The translations under genes and the position numbers were made by a program. Of a stretch of DNA of 64,000 nt, positions 19,897 through 29,046 are shown piece after piece. The notes under the pieces were generated by a model. That model was given only the letters and a program-made list of their open reading frames with translations. It had not been told where the DNA came from and did no database searches. Where the stretch lies: positions 186,001 to 250,000 of IMG/VR virus record IMGVR_UViG_3300005193_000001; one strand, 5' to 3'. The stretch is from an uncultured virus (IMG/VR IMGVR_UViG_3300005193_000001) (taxonomy: Duplodnaviria; Heunggongvirae; Uroviricota; Caudoviricetes). Within the stretch, counting starts at the first letter, position 1; each line of letters opens with the position of its first letter.

Positions 19897-20361
19897 TTAG
19901 TCGAGCTCAATCTTCCTCTTCACCTCTGTCTGCTCGACTTTAGGAAGTGAAACCGTGAGTACTCCATTTTCGTAAGAAGCTTCGATGTTCTCCGTGTCGA
20001 TATGATTTCCAAGCTTCAGAGTCCTAGAATAGTGTCTTCGTTCGACACGGCTATGGTCTTCTTCTTCTTCGGTGTCGTCGTAAGAGGTTTTAACTGTAAT
20101 CTTGTCGTCTTGAAGGACTACTTCGATGTTGTCTTCTCCAACTCCGGGCATATCGATGGACCACCTAAGGTTGTCGTCCACATCTTGAATCCTCGTCGAA
20201 GAGTCTTTACGCGTGATTTCGGGGAACATCGATTCAAAAATGTCGTCAAATCTAGACCAGCCGGGAAGTCCAGTCACGTTGGTACCCGGAAGATTCGTGG
20301 TATTGCGAATCCTGTCAGGGTTAGTAACGTTTGGTCGAGTACGAGTAAGGTTGTTCATCAT
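19897..20361 (-). CDS. hsp20: Hsp20/alpha-crystallin small heat-shock protein
   Basis: IDMPGV..NIEV, YSRTLKL, IEASYENGVLTVSLPK, C-terminal KIEL motif. Confidence 0.93.
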   Translation of the reverse strand: MMNNLTRTRPNVTNPDRIRNTTNLPGTNVTGLPGWSRFDDIFESMFPEITRKDSSTRIQDVDDNLRWSIDMPGVGEDNIEVVLQDDKITVKTSYDDTEEEEDHSRVERRHYSRTLKLGNHIDTENIEASYENGVLTVSLPKVEQTEVKRKIELD

Positions 20362-20435
20362 GGTTGCTTTATTTGGTTTTTGGTTCAGTGCAGAATTCGT
20401 GAGCGTTTGGCATTAAGTCTGCACCTACAAAGGCT

Positions 20436-20476
20436 ACAAATCTCGTACCAAAGGTCTTGAACTGCCAGCGTGACAG
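20436..20476 (-). promoter_or_regulatory. sigma-54-type -24/-12 promoter with upstream palindrome, for hsp20
   Basis: TTGGTAC-GAGAT-TTGT and CTGTCA-CGC-TGGCAG on the minus strand. Confidence 0.55.
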
Positions 20477-20481
20477 AACTG

Positions 20482-21078
20482 CTATGACAGGTCTACACCT
20501 TTAGCATGACGAATGAGCCTAATCACGTCTATGGAATCTTCCACTCCGGTGTGAGCGATTTCGTCGTCAAATCCTGCGCGTTCCAAACAGGTAGAGAGGT
20601 TCGGTGGAACTTTTTCCTTTTCGGGATCGAAGTACATAGAGCCCGGATCGAGCACCCTATGATGAAACTTCACGTGATCCGTGAAATCGGGAAACGTCTC
20701 CAAGTGAGGAATGTCAAAGCTGGCTACGTTCTTTCCAGCGGCCACCGGACGAACTACCCTGAATTCTTTGGTTTTGTCGGGGCTATAATTGGGAACGTCG
20801 TGTCGGATCATCCACCTCTTAAAAGCCAAACCCACGATCTCGGGGTCAAGAACTTTAACGTCGTCTTCAGGATCTTGGAGCTCTTTAAGAAGTCCGGAAT
20901 CAGCGTGCATACCGAGAGCGTAGCTGTCTGCCACGATAGTATCGTTGTCGATTAGACAACGGAACGTGGGAAGCTCGTCGATGGGGGACTCGAAATCGTC
21001 AATGACGGCTCCGAGTTCGATAACACTATGTTTTCCGGGTTCGAGACCCGTAGTTTCAATGTCCAGACTGACGTACAT
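20482..21078 (-). CDS. DEDDh 3'-5' exonuclease (DnaQ/oligoribonuclease-like)
   Basis: SLDIETTGL, AGKNVASFD, AHTGVED motifs. Confidence 0.88.
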   Translation of the reverse strand: MYVSLDIETTGLEPGKHSVIELGAVIDDFESPIDELPTFRCLIDNDTIVADSYALGMHADSGLLKELQDPEDDVKVLDPEIVGLAFKRWMIRHDVPNYSPDKTKEFRVVRPVAAGKNVASFDIPHLETFPDFTDHVKFHHRVLDPGSMYFDPEKEKVPPNLSTCLERAGFDDEIAHTGVEDSIDVIRLIRHAKGVDLS

Positions 21079-21177
21079 ATATTGTAACCTATTTTATCTA
21101 TTGATCTTTTTTACGATTCTTTTCGTAGTTGTGGAGCCTGTCTTCGGAATTCATGAGTCGAATCCACTCTTCGACGC

Positions 21178-21999
21178 TCATGCCTTCGTGTTCAGTTTCT
21201 TCCATATCTCCGACGTTTGGGGAGCGTTCCTCTTTATCCATAGCGCTAGTTGTTTTTTAACTTCTCTCGAATTTTTCATTTTTTCTCCAGGATTCTTCAG
21301 GGTAAGGTACTTGAAGTCTTTAATAACCGTCTCGTCGGAATCCCCGTAAGTTACGGTTTGTTCCGGGTTGTTAAGGATAACGTGAACAGACCCATCCATT
21401 CCAGCAGGTAATCCCTTAGAAATGAAATCGGCCATCGTAGTAGCAGCGCCTTCATGCGTGTTCAAAACTATGTCTTCCGGTACGATTCTTTCTCTTTCCA
21501 TGTTCCTCTGCACTGCTATTGAATAATCGGTCAGAACCCAAACCAGATGGGTGTTCTTGCTTTCGTACCCAGCTTCATCAAGGAGAGGAAGAAAAGTGTC
21601 GAGTTTGCTGATGCTTTTGAGTGTCACGTCAAACATAACGTTCGGAAGACGCCCCGGTTCCGCATTCATTACCACATTTCGAACGAACTTGTTGTGAATT
21701 CCTTTATCTTTGACAAACCTGTGAAGCTTTGAAACGTCTTCGGGATTCTGCAAATCGAGTCCAGAAAGCTCCGGGTACCTCTCGGTTGCTCTTGACAGCT
21801 TTAAAAACTGTTCTTTCCACCTGTCAACGTCAAAAACACGGAACTTTTCGCCTTCCATGAAATGTTTAACCGCAAAAGACTTGCCGGAAGCAGTACCTCC
21901 AGCCAAGAAAACGGCTTGGTTGTAATTCGCTCCATTGTTGAACAGGATCTGCTTTTCGTTCAACAATACTTGATCGATCAGGATATCTTTAAATTTCAT
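21178..21999 (-). CDS. P-loop kinase (zeta-toxin/PNK-like fold)
   Basis: AVFLAGGTASGKS, NVMFDVT, AVQRNMERERIVP lid. Confidence 0.75.
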   Translation of the reverse strand: MKFKDILIDQVLLNEKQILFNNGANYNQAVFLAGGTASGKSFAVKHFMEGEKFRVFDVDRWKEQFLKLSRATERYPELSGLDLQNPEDVSKLHRFVKDKGIHNKFVRNVVMNAEPGRLPNVMFDVTLKSISKLDTFLPLLDEAGYESKNTHLVWVLTDYSIAVQRNMERERIVPEDIVLNTHEGAATTMADFISKGLPAGMDGSVHVILNNPEQTVTYGDSDETVIKDFKYLTLKNPGEKMKNSREVKKQLALWIKRNAPQTSEIWKKLNTKA

Positions 22000-22179
22000 T
22001 CTTCTTTATCGTCGGAAGGTTCAGGAAGATCGTCAATATCGATGGGGTCGGAAACGTTTCCCTTCTTAAGCTCTTCTATGCCCTTGTCTATGGTTTTGAG
22101 AACGTCCATTGGTATCCCCGTCTTCTCGTGAAGATCTTCCAATTCGTCGTCGCTGAAGTGTCTGACTGAACTCATGGTG

Positions 22180-22617
22180 TTAATTTCGTTCTCTGCTTGT
22201 GCTATCTCTGCTTCCGTCGCGATCTCCACTTCTTCGGCTGGAGCGTCTTCTATTTTCTCGCTCGTTTCTGTCCACCCCTCGCCCTACCGTTGAACCACGC
22301 GGCCTGTGAGTCCTGTCATCGTCTTCATCTTCGTACTCGTGATCGTAGTAGTCATACGAGCGATGGCCGTAGTGGTAACGCTCTCTGTCCCACTTTTGAT
22401 GGAAGTAAAGCGGATCTCCCGGACATACCCGGCGGTACGCGGTGATGTAGCCCCGTTCACCAAAACGAAGATCGACGGACACGCGTTCCCTCTCGTAGTA
22501 GCAACTCTGTGGACGGTGACGACGTTCCGCATTATCACCGGACAACTTAAGTTGAGTGTAACATCCGGTGAGAAAAAACGCGCAGAGGAGGATGGAAAGT
22601 AAGTTGCGAGTGTTCAT
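22180..22617 (-). CDS. putative lipoprotein
   Basis: Signal peptide with lipobox LTGC; Arg/Asp-rich tail. Confidence 0.6.
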   Translation of the reverse strand: MNTRNLLSILLCAFFLTGCYTQLKLSGDNAERRHRPQSCYYERERVSVDLRFGERGYITAYRRVCPGDPLYFHQKWDRERYHYGHRSYDYYDHEYEDEDDDRTHRPRGSTVGRGVDRNERENRRRSSRRSGDRDGSRDSTSRERN

Positions 22618-22782
22618 GTGTCTCCACCTTTTCGTCTACGTCTTTCGGTGTGCTCTTCAATTTCGGTTATGGCAACAGACCTTTCTTCTCCACGCCTGTT
22701 CTCAGTTTTGGCGTCACGAGCATGGACGGACCCGAAATCGAAAAGTAAAAAAGAAGAGGCGGCGATGAAAACGAAGAAAATC

Positions 22783-23154
22783 TTACCCTTCATCCTCGAT
22801 CCTATCCATGAACTCTTCGTAGTCTCCAATGCCCTCTATATCATCGGGCTTTCTGGTGGTGCGAAAGAGATCGAGGGTTTCGGCGCAAACGTCGGAAAGC
22901 TCCCTGTAGAACTTGCCGCACTGCTGGTCTGCAAGACCTTCTCGGTGGACGCCATGCTTGACGAGAACACGGTTCAAAGTCTCTTCGATCTCGTCTCTTG
23001 CCTCATCCAGGCAGTCACTTCTCGTAGCGGGAGAAAGCTCCTCTTGAAGTGCCTCCCTGACGTTCTTTCGGATAAACTCTTCCTTGTTGCTCTTTGAAGA
23101 TGAAGAAAGTTCTTCTCTGAGAGCTTCCTTAAATTTACTCTTAATGCTCGACAT
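22783..23154 (-). CDS. hypothetical protein with duplicated ALREE/ALQEE motif
   Basis: KFKEALREELS..VREALQEELS; TACATA 27 nt upstream. Confidence 0.65.
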   Translation of the reverse strand: MSSIKSKFKEALREELSSSSKSNKEEFIRKNVREALQEELSPATRSDCLDEARDEIEETLNRVLVKHGVHREGLADQQCGKFYRELSDVCAETLDLFRTTRKPDDIEGIGDYEEFMDRIEDEG

Positions 23155-23180
23155 TAGACTTTTGGGATCTTGTTCGTCTT

Positions 23181-24359
23181 TTATGTATCGTCTACAGTCC
23201 AGTCTTTGTCAAGCGCGTATGAAAGCTTGTCGGTGTTCATGTCCTTTATTCCTTCCCAGAAGTCGTCTATCTGGCCTGTAAGACGCTGGAAAAAGAGGCC
23301 ATGTATTTCGGAAACCGGAATGTCCTGAACCGCGAGAGCAAATTCCTTTCTCTCCTCGTGGTCGTCGGGGTCCACCTCGTCTCCGTCCAAACGCTCGTAT
23401 TTGACCTCGATCTTGCCCATGAGGTTCCGGAGGTCTTCTCTTACCTCTTCGAACACGTCCTTGTACTTGGGAAATGTGCCGACAAAATCGTCGGCTTCTT
23501 CGTTTTGGATAGCCTCGATGATCCCGTTTTTCTTTGATATGATGCTGTCCCGCATCTTGTGTCTGAGGACGTAACTTTCCTGCTTCACCTTGACCCTGCT
23601 CCAATCCCCATCAACAATCACGAAACCTTCATCGTCGGGATCAAGATCCTCGACTTTGTCCATAACGTCACTGTACGCGTCGATATCGAACCTGTCGGGA
23701 CGGTCGAAGAAATCGGGAGCGGTTTCTATATCCCTCTCCTTCAGAGTCTCTCTGTTACGAACGGCGAGAAGAACAATCCGGTCTTTGTGATAAGACTTGA
23801 CTACCCTGTTGAAGTCGGTACAAAGCTCGAACATGTAGCAGCAGTCTTCGTCAAGACTTTCCAGGGCATCAAGACCATAAATGCACTCGAACCTGTCCCA
23901 AAAAAGGTCGGCAAAAGTGTTACCCTCCCAATCCTTCTCGTACTTCTTCATCGATTCGTCCATCTGGACCGGGCCTTCGCCTTCGATGGTGCCGAGAGTG
24001 TGGGCTATCCAATCGTCTTGCCACCTGTATATTACAACGGCGGAGCCGTCAAGCTTCTCAAAGATCTCGGCACTGTCCCAATCTATGTCAACTGCGTGAT
24101 TTTCGGCAGCGTTGAAGAACTTAGGAAGGCTGCAAGACACGACCCTCCAACTCGGCTTTTCGAGGATTAAACCACGAGACTCTTGGCAGATTCTGTTACC
24201 GAGATCGGACTTGATCTGGTTGTACTTGAATCCAATACGACGAGCCTCTGGACCCGCACTTATGATAAGCTTGTACGGGTCTTTTTTGAGATCACCGAGA
24301 GAATGGTCGGGATCTCGTAGAAATTTTTGAATAGAAAGTGGCTTTTCTATAACCGACAT
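23181..24359 (-). CDS. T4 Rnl1-type RNA ligase
   Basis: ESRGLIL, PKFFN, motif I FEKLDGS, MFEL, EGFVIVD, RVKVKQESY. Confidence 0.9.
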   Translation of the reverse strand: MSVIEKPLSIQKFLRDPDHSLGDLKKDPYKLIISAGPEARRIGFKYNQIKSDLGNRICQESRGLILEKPSWRVVSCSLPKFFNAAENHAVDIDWDSAEIFEKLDGSAVVIYRWQDDWIAHTLGTIEGEGPVQMDESMKKYEKDWEGNTFADLFWDRFECIYGLDALESLDEDCCYMFELCTDFNRVVKSYHKDRIVLLAVRNRETLKERDIETAPDFFDRPDRFDIDAYSDVMDKVEDLDPDDEGFVIVDGDWSRVKVKQESYVLRHKMRDSIISKKNGIIEAIQNEEADDFVGTFPKYKDVFEEVREDLRNLMGKIEVKYERLDGDEVDPDDHEERKEFALAVQDIPVSEIHGLFFQRLTGQIDDFWEGIKDMNTDKLSYALDKDWTVDDT

Positions 24360-24570
24360 TAATTTCTAAGTCTTTGACACCATATTGAAAAGTCGTTTTC
24401 GGGCTTCGTTCTTCTCGTGCATCGTTCTTTGCACAGACTTGGGCATATGTCCGAACGCGTTGTCGTGACTATTCTCCAATTCTTCTACGAGCTCCTTGTA
24501 TTCTGCAACGGCTTCTTCAACTTCGGAAAGCCGCTTCTGTGTCCTCACAAGCTCGTTAACAAGTGTACCT

Positions 24571-25059
24571 TCATCCATGGCGTGAGTGGGCAAAAAGTTT
24601 CCAACCGTACATCGAATGCTGGTCGTGCCTCTCTATAACGAAGTCCAAGACGGGCTCGTTCCCAGCCGATTCTGCCACGTCTTCAGCTTGAACTATGGTA
24701 TCTATCAAGTCTTCGTTGCTAGAAAGCAGATCGGAGATCATGACACCAGATTCAAGATCGGAAGAAGGTTCCGGATTAGAGATATGGGTATTTTCCGCAT
24801 ATTCGGAAAAGCCGGACGTTGGGTAAGCACCGAGGGTTCGGATATGTTCCGCGATCTCGTCTACGCTATCTTCCATTTCTTCATAAATGTCTCCAAAAAA
24901 CTCGTGGAGGCTGTGGAAAAGAGGACCCTCGACGTTCCAATGATACGTGTGGGCCTTCTGTCGGAACACCTGACTATCGATCAGTACCTGATCTAAAGCT
25001 TGAACGAGTTGTGAATCCCGCGTTGCTTGTTCAAAAATTTCGTTATTATCGTTTGACAT
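24571..25059 (-). CDS. dps: Dps (DNA-protecting ferritin-like protein)
   Basis: KAHTYHWNVEGPLFHSLHEFF..YEE..DEIAEHIRTLG ferroxidase signature. Confidence 0.92.
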   Translation of the reverse strand: MSNDNNEIFEQATRDSQLVQALDQVLIDSQVFRQKAHTYHWNVEGPLFHSLHEFFGDIYEEMEDSVDEIAEHIRTLGAYPTSGFSEYAENTHISNPEPSSDLESGVMISDLLSSNEDLIDTIVQAEDVAESAGNEPVLDFVIERHDQHSMYGWKLFAHSRHG

Positions 25060-25066
25060 AATACCT

Positions 25067-25596
25067 TTATAGAAAATTATTTATTGAGTTTTGTCTCGAT
25101 TGTTCTATGATCTTCTCTCTAAGCTTCTCGTCTCTAATTTTTTCAGTATCGAACCAATCGTCAGTAACTATTTCTCCGGTATTTGGATCTACAACATCTT
25201 CTATTACAACGTCTCCGCTTTTTTCGTCGTAGTCTGCAACTATGACGATGTGGTCTTCATGTTCTACTTCAAATGCCATTTTTAACTTGCACGTTCGATG
25301 CGCTCTCCCAAAACCTCGTTTGGGTCTGCAAAAATTGTGGTAGAAGTACAATACACAGTCTTTTCCGAATCGGATTCCAAGGTTCTATGCATAACCTTAA
25401 GGTCGTAAGAATCGTCATATTCGTCTTCGTTTATACCCTTTTTTACAACTGTGCGAGACCCGATAGCATAATACTTGCGCTCTATGAAATCCCACCAAAC
25501 ATAACTGTCTAGCGTGGAAACTGGCACATACGCGAAGACGCGATGCCAGCCCTTTCGGATCAATTCCATCGGGTGTTTGTTATAAGGAGAGAACAT
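25067..25596 (-). other. two small hypothetical CDS
   Basis: ORFs 25067-25279 and 25282-25596. Confidence 0.5.
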
Positions 25597-26092
25597 GGAG
25601 GATTCTGTTGCAAAGGTCGTGTTGAGCAGGTCCGAGAGGATCCCGATGCCACTGAACGTAACGAATCAATTTCTCGGTGTCTTCCGAGTACCGCTCGCTG
25701 AAATCGTCAGGAGCCAAACAGAGATCGGAAACGTTATGAAGTCTGTCAGAAAGCTTCACCCTCAATGAAGAGTCGGGCATCGACGTGAGTTCAGTCTTAA
25801 GATACAGATTCTTGTCGAGAGAAGCTGGTTTTTCTACAGTGAGATCGTTCACTATCGAAACAACGCCTTCTTCGAACTCTTGTTCCAACTCGGAACTAGT
25901 AACGTCCGTGTCTTCAAGAACGTCGTGAAGAAACGCAGCGGCCAATTCATCTTCCGAAGCCTTTCCGTACTCGTACAAAATGGTAAACACGCCCGTAGGA
26001 TGGGCGATGAACGGCAGATCTTGAAACTTCCGTTCCTGCCCTTCATGTGCTTCGGTAGCGAAGTCTCGGGCTTTTCTGACTTTATCCGTCAT
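25580..26092 (-). CDS. SpoT/Mesh1-like HD-domain hydrolase
   Basis: FATEAHEGQERK..PFIAHP, AAFLHDVLEDT, VKLSDRLHN; probable start MTDKVRK. Confidence 0.88.
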   Translation of the reverse strand: MTDKVRKARDFATEAHEGQERKFQDLPFIAHPTGVFTILYEYGKASEDELAAAFLHDVLEDTDVTSSELEQEFEEGVVSIVNDLTVEKPASLDKNLYLKTELTSMPDSSLRVKLSDRLHNVSDLCLAPDDFSERYSEDTEKLIRYVQWHRDPLGPAQHDLCNRILHVLSL

Positions 26093-26326
26093 GGGTAACA
26101 AATTCGTTATCGTTGTTTTTTCGTAAAAGCTGTCCGTTCTTTTCACCGAAGTCTCCTTCCACCCGATAGCAAGCCGGGTATCCACCAGATGGAAACTCTC
26201 CTGGAACCCAGATACCTTTAATTTTTATCGGTTCTTTAAGGAAAACTCGGGCACTTCCATCTTTGTCAACGGCCAGCCAGCGGAACTGTTCCAAAGCTTC
26301 ATCGTAAGTGATGGTAGTCCCGGCCT

Positions 26327-26899
26327 TCATCCGTAAATCACCTCCTCGTATTCTTCGATGCTTCCCACAACGTAAGGACAAGGTTCGGAGTCGTTGTAAG
26401 GCTTGTTCATGAGCACAGGATACCGAGCATCGTCAACGGTAGCCATCACGTTCTTGGTTCTATCGTCAAGAATAGCGTCGACTCCGAAGTCTCCTTTCCC
26501 GGTAGCCGTCATAATAACGTTGTCGAATGGAACCTCGTGCTCGTGGACCCACTCCATGGTGGCTTTTCTCTGCCATGGAGTCTTCTGGCTCGTTATGAGA
26601 GAAAGCTTGTCACCATTTTCGTGTACGGTGAGATACAGAGCTTCCATTTCACCGATGGAACCGGGCCACGGATCGGCGTTACGAAAGCACTCGAACGAGG
26701 TCTTGGGATTCTCCATGGAAAACCTGAGAAGGTGCTCCCCCACGTCTTCTCTGGTGGCAAGCTTCGTCATCCCCCACTCGTGAATGTCATCAAAGTCGAC
26801 GAGGTATTGAGCTTTGTCGGGATGGTGCTTTCGGTATTCCTCCACGACGTTGTAGAGGAACATTCTGATTATTCCGTCTACGTCTACTGATATATGCAT
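26327..26899 (-). CDS. HAD 5'(3')-deoxyribonucleotidase-like phosphatase
   Basis: ISVDVDGI motif I, LITS, ILDD, PYN. Confidence 0.8.
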   Translation of the reverse strand: MHISVDVDGIIRMFLYNVVEEYRKHHPDKAQYLVDFDDIHEWGMTKLATREDVGEHLLRFSMENPKTSFECFRNADPWPGSIGEMEALYLTVHENGDKLSLITSQKTPWQRKATMEWVHEHEVPFDNVIMTATGKGDFGVDAILDDRTKNVMATVDDARYPVLMNKPYNDSEPCPYVVGSIEEYEEVIYG

Positions 26900-26900
26900 A

Positions 26901-27578
26901 TTATTCTTCAAGTCTGTCCGCCACGGAATCAAGAGCATCGAAATCCGTAGTGGGCTTTAAGTTGTTGAACTTCGATTTAATTATCATTTCTGCCATCTTG
27001 TCTACGCCTCTCATAGGCTCGATAACGACGAACTCCTCAGAGGAAGGCATGTTCTTTCCTTCCATCATAATGTCGTGGTACTTCTCGTCGCATATCGTAA
27101 TCCAGTATTTGTCCTCAAGATCCACCGGATAACCACGACGAATTTGAATTGACATGCCTTTGTAGGTGGCGAAAAACTCCACGCAACCGAAAAAACTCTG
27201 GTCGGACTTGGTTTCCCACTCTATCAGTCCTTTCTCGCTCAGGTTTCGGACTATGTTCAGAATATCGACTTTAGCCGACTTGGGTGTACCGAGCTTTTCT
27301 CTGAACCAAGCGGCATACCCTTCCGACTCACCTATGACTTGGAAAGAATCGTCTTCCTCGTCTTCCTTAACATCACTTGCATAAAAGGCGGCGTAGTACC
27401 CGTCTTCCGTTGCTATAACGTTATCGAATCTGGAGAAGGTCTCTATGTCTTGTTCTTGCCCCAGCTTCACCGAATACTCTTCAATGGCGTCAATAAGCTC
27501 CGTCTGCTCCCTCTTTATTTCTTCTATGCGTTCTCCTTCTATGTCCAGAGGGAAGTTACAAAACACAATGTTGCTCAT
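26901..27578 (-). CDS. hypothetical protein
   Basis: Acidic ORF coupled to both neighbours. Confidence 0.7.
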   Translation of the reverse strand: MSNIVFCNFPLDIEGERIEEIKREQTELIDAIEEYSVKLGQEQDIETFSRFDNVIATEDGYYAAFYASDVKEDEEDDSFQVIGESEGYAAWFREKLGTPKSAKVDILNIVRNLSEKGLIEWETKSDQSFFGCVEFFATYKGMSIQIRRGYPVDLEDKYWITICDEKYHDIMMEGKNMPSSEEFVVIEPMRGVDKMAEMIIKSKFNNLKPTTDFDALDSVADRLEE

Positions 27579-28036
27579 AAGCGAATTTTTTGCTTCTTGT
27601 CTGGTTCCATATCGTGAAAGGAAGCCACAATAGTCTTGAGATTAGAGAACCAATCAACACCGTGCTCTTCGATAATGTTACTGAAGTCTTCAACGTCATG
27701 ACGACTAACTTTGAAGTTATACTCACCCCTATCTTCGTTGTACTCGGGGTGAACGTGTTCGAGCTCGTGCCAAAGTACTATCTTCTTTCTCTTTTCATCG
27801 AGCTCGTCCCAAATATCACCACTGACGGATATAATATAATCGGCACCTTCGGTGAAGTGGTGCTCCCTATGATTCGCTACTCTACAGTTGGCGACTTTCG
27901 TTGAAGAAATGTTGGGGTACACCTTGATGTATTCTATGCTAACCATAGAGAGTTCAAGGCCCCGGTCGTTAATCACGTCTTCTGCTTTGCTCCGTATCTC
28001 GGGGGCTTCCCTGATTTCCTTGCTAGATCTATACAT
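27575..28036 (-). CDS. putative phage metallopeptidase
   Basis: DYIISV..W..L..IVLWHELEH (HExxH), HDVEDF..IIEEHG. Confidence 0.75.
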   Translation of the reverse strand: MYRSSKEIREAPEIRSKAEDVINDRGLELSMVSIEYIKVYPNISSTKVANCRVANHREHHFTEGADYIISVSGDIWDELDEKRKKIVLWHELEHVHPEYNEDRGEYNFKVSRHDVEDFSNIIEEHGVDWFSNLKTIVASFHDMEPDKKQKIRL

Positions 28037-28063
28037 ATATAACTAATTCTAAAGGGTTAGTGT

Positions 28064-29046
28064 TTAATCGTCTTCTCCGATGCGACTAATAGTATGGACA
28101 CTTTTAGCAGGCATGTTAGTGCCCATAATGGTGTGTTTCAGGTCCCTTCGCTTCTTCATTTCAGCCTGTTCCGAAGGATCAATGCCGACCTCTCGAAGAC
28201 TGGAACCCGTCTCGATATCAAACGTGTACCTTTCATCCACGTCGATCCTGACTACCCCTCTGTCTCCACTAAGTTGGATTACGATGGAAGAGCGCGGATT
28301 GTCGTGGATGATGTCTACAATTTCCTGTTCCATTGTTAGCTGAAGTTATGATTAATAGAGCATGAAATTAGGTTGCGGCTGCATTGGAGGCACCGGAGGA
28401 GGAGCAGGAACATGCCGATCATTATTTTTAATCGACCTCTCGAAACTGACGACTTCTTGTATTTCAGTCATTTCTTCGTCAGAAGGAGCCCACTCCATCA
28501 CATCCTCGATCTCTTCGGGTTTGAAATCGCTAACCAGAAGAAGATTAGCATATATACTTTGTGCCTCGCTCAAATCCTTAATGTTAAGAATGTGTTCTTC
28601 GTATTCTGAAAGTTCTCCAACCTCGGGTGGAGGCGGAGGACTGCTAAAAAGCTCTTGCTGATTCATGATTTTACTTTACTAGTGATTCTCTTGTCACCTT
28701 CACCACCCCACTCCTTCCCGTCACTCTTCCGGAACTTGTTTCCGGCGTCGGTAACGATCTGGAATTTTCGGATTTCTTCTACGACCTCGAAGTCGGTTTC
28801 GTCCACAACGACTCGGTCTCCGACTTCAAGCTCTCGATAATCCTCAATCTCTCGAATTCGAAGAGATTCTCTATCTTCCGGTGGTTTGAAGGTTTCTACG
28901 AGTTCGCAATTTTCAATATCGTCTTCCCACTTTTCTTTGGGGGTGATGTAGTAAGAGCCTTCGAAAATGGTGTCCTCGTGAACATATATCACACGGTGTT
29001 CTCGAAGTGCTTTTCTCTCTGCAGCATCAAATACTTCTTGCTTCAT
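28064..29046 (-). other. three small hypothetical CDS (28064-28333, 28352-28666, 28663-29046)
   Basis: Coupled co-oriented ORFs. Confidence 0.6.
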
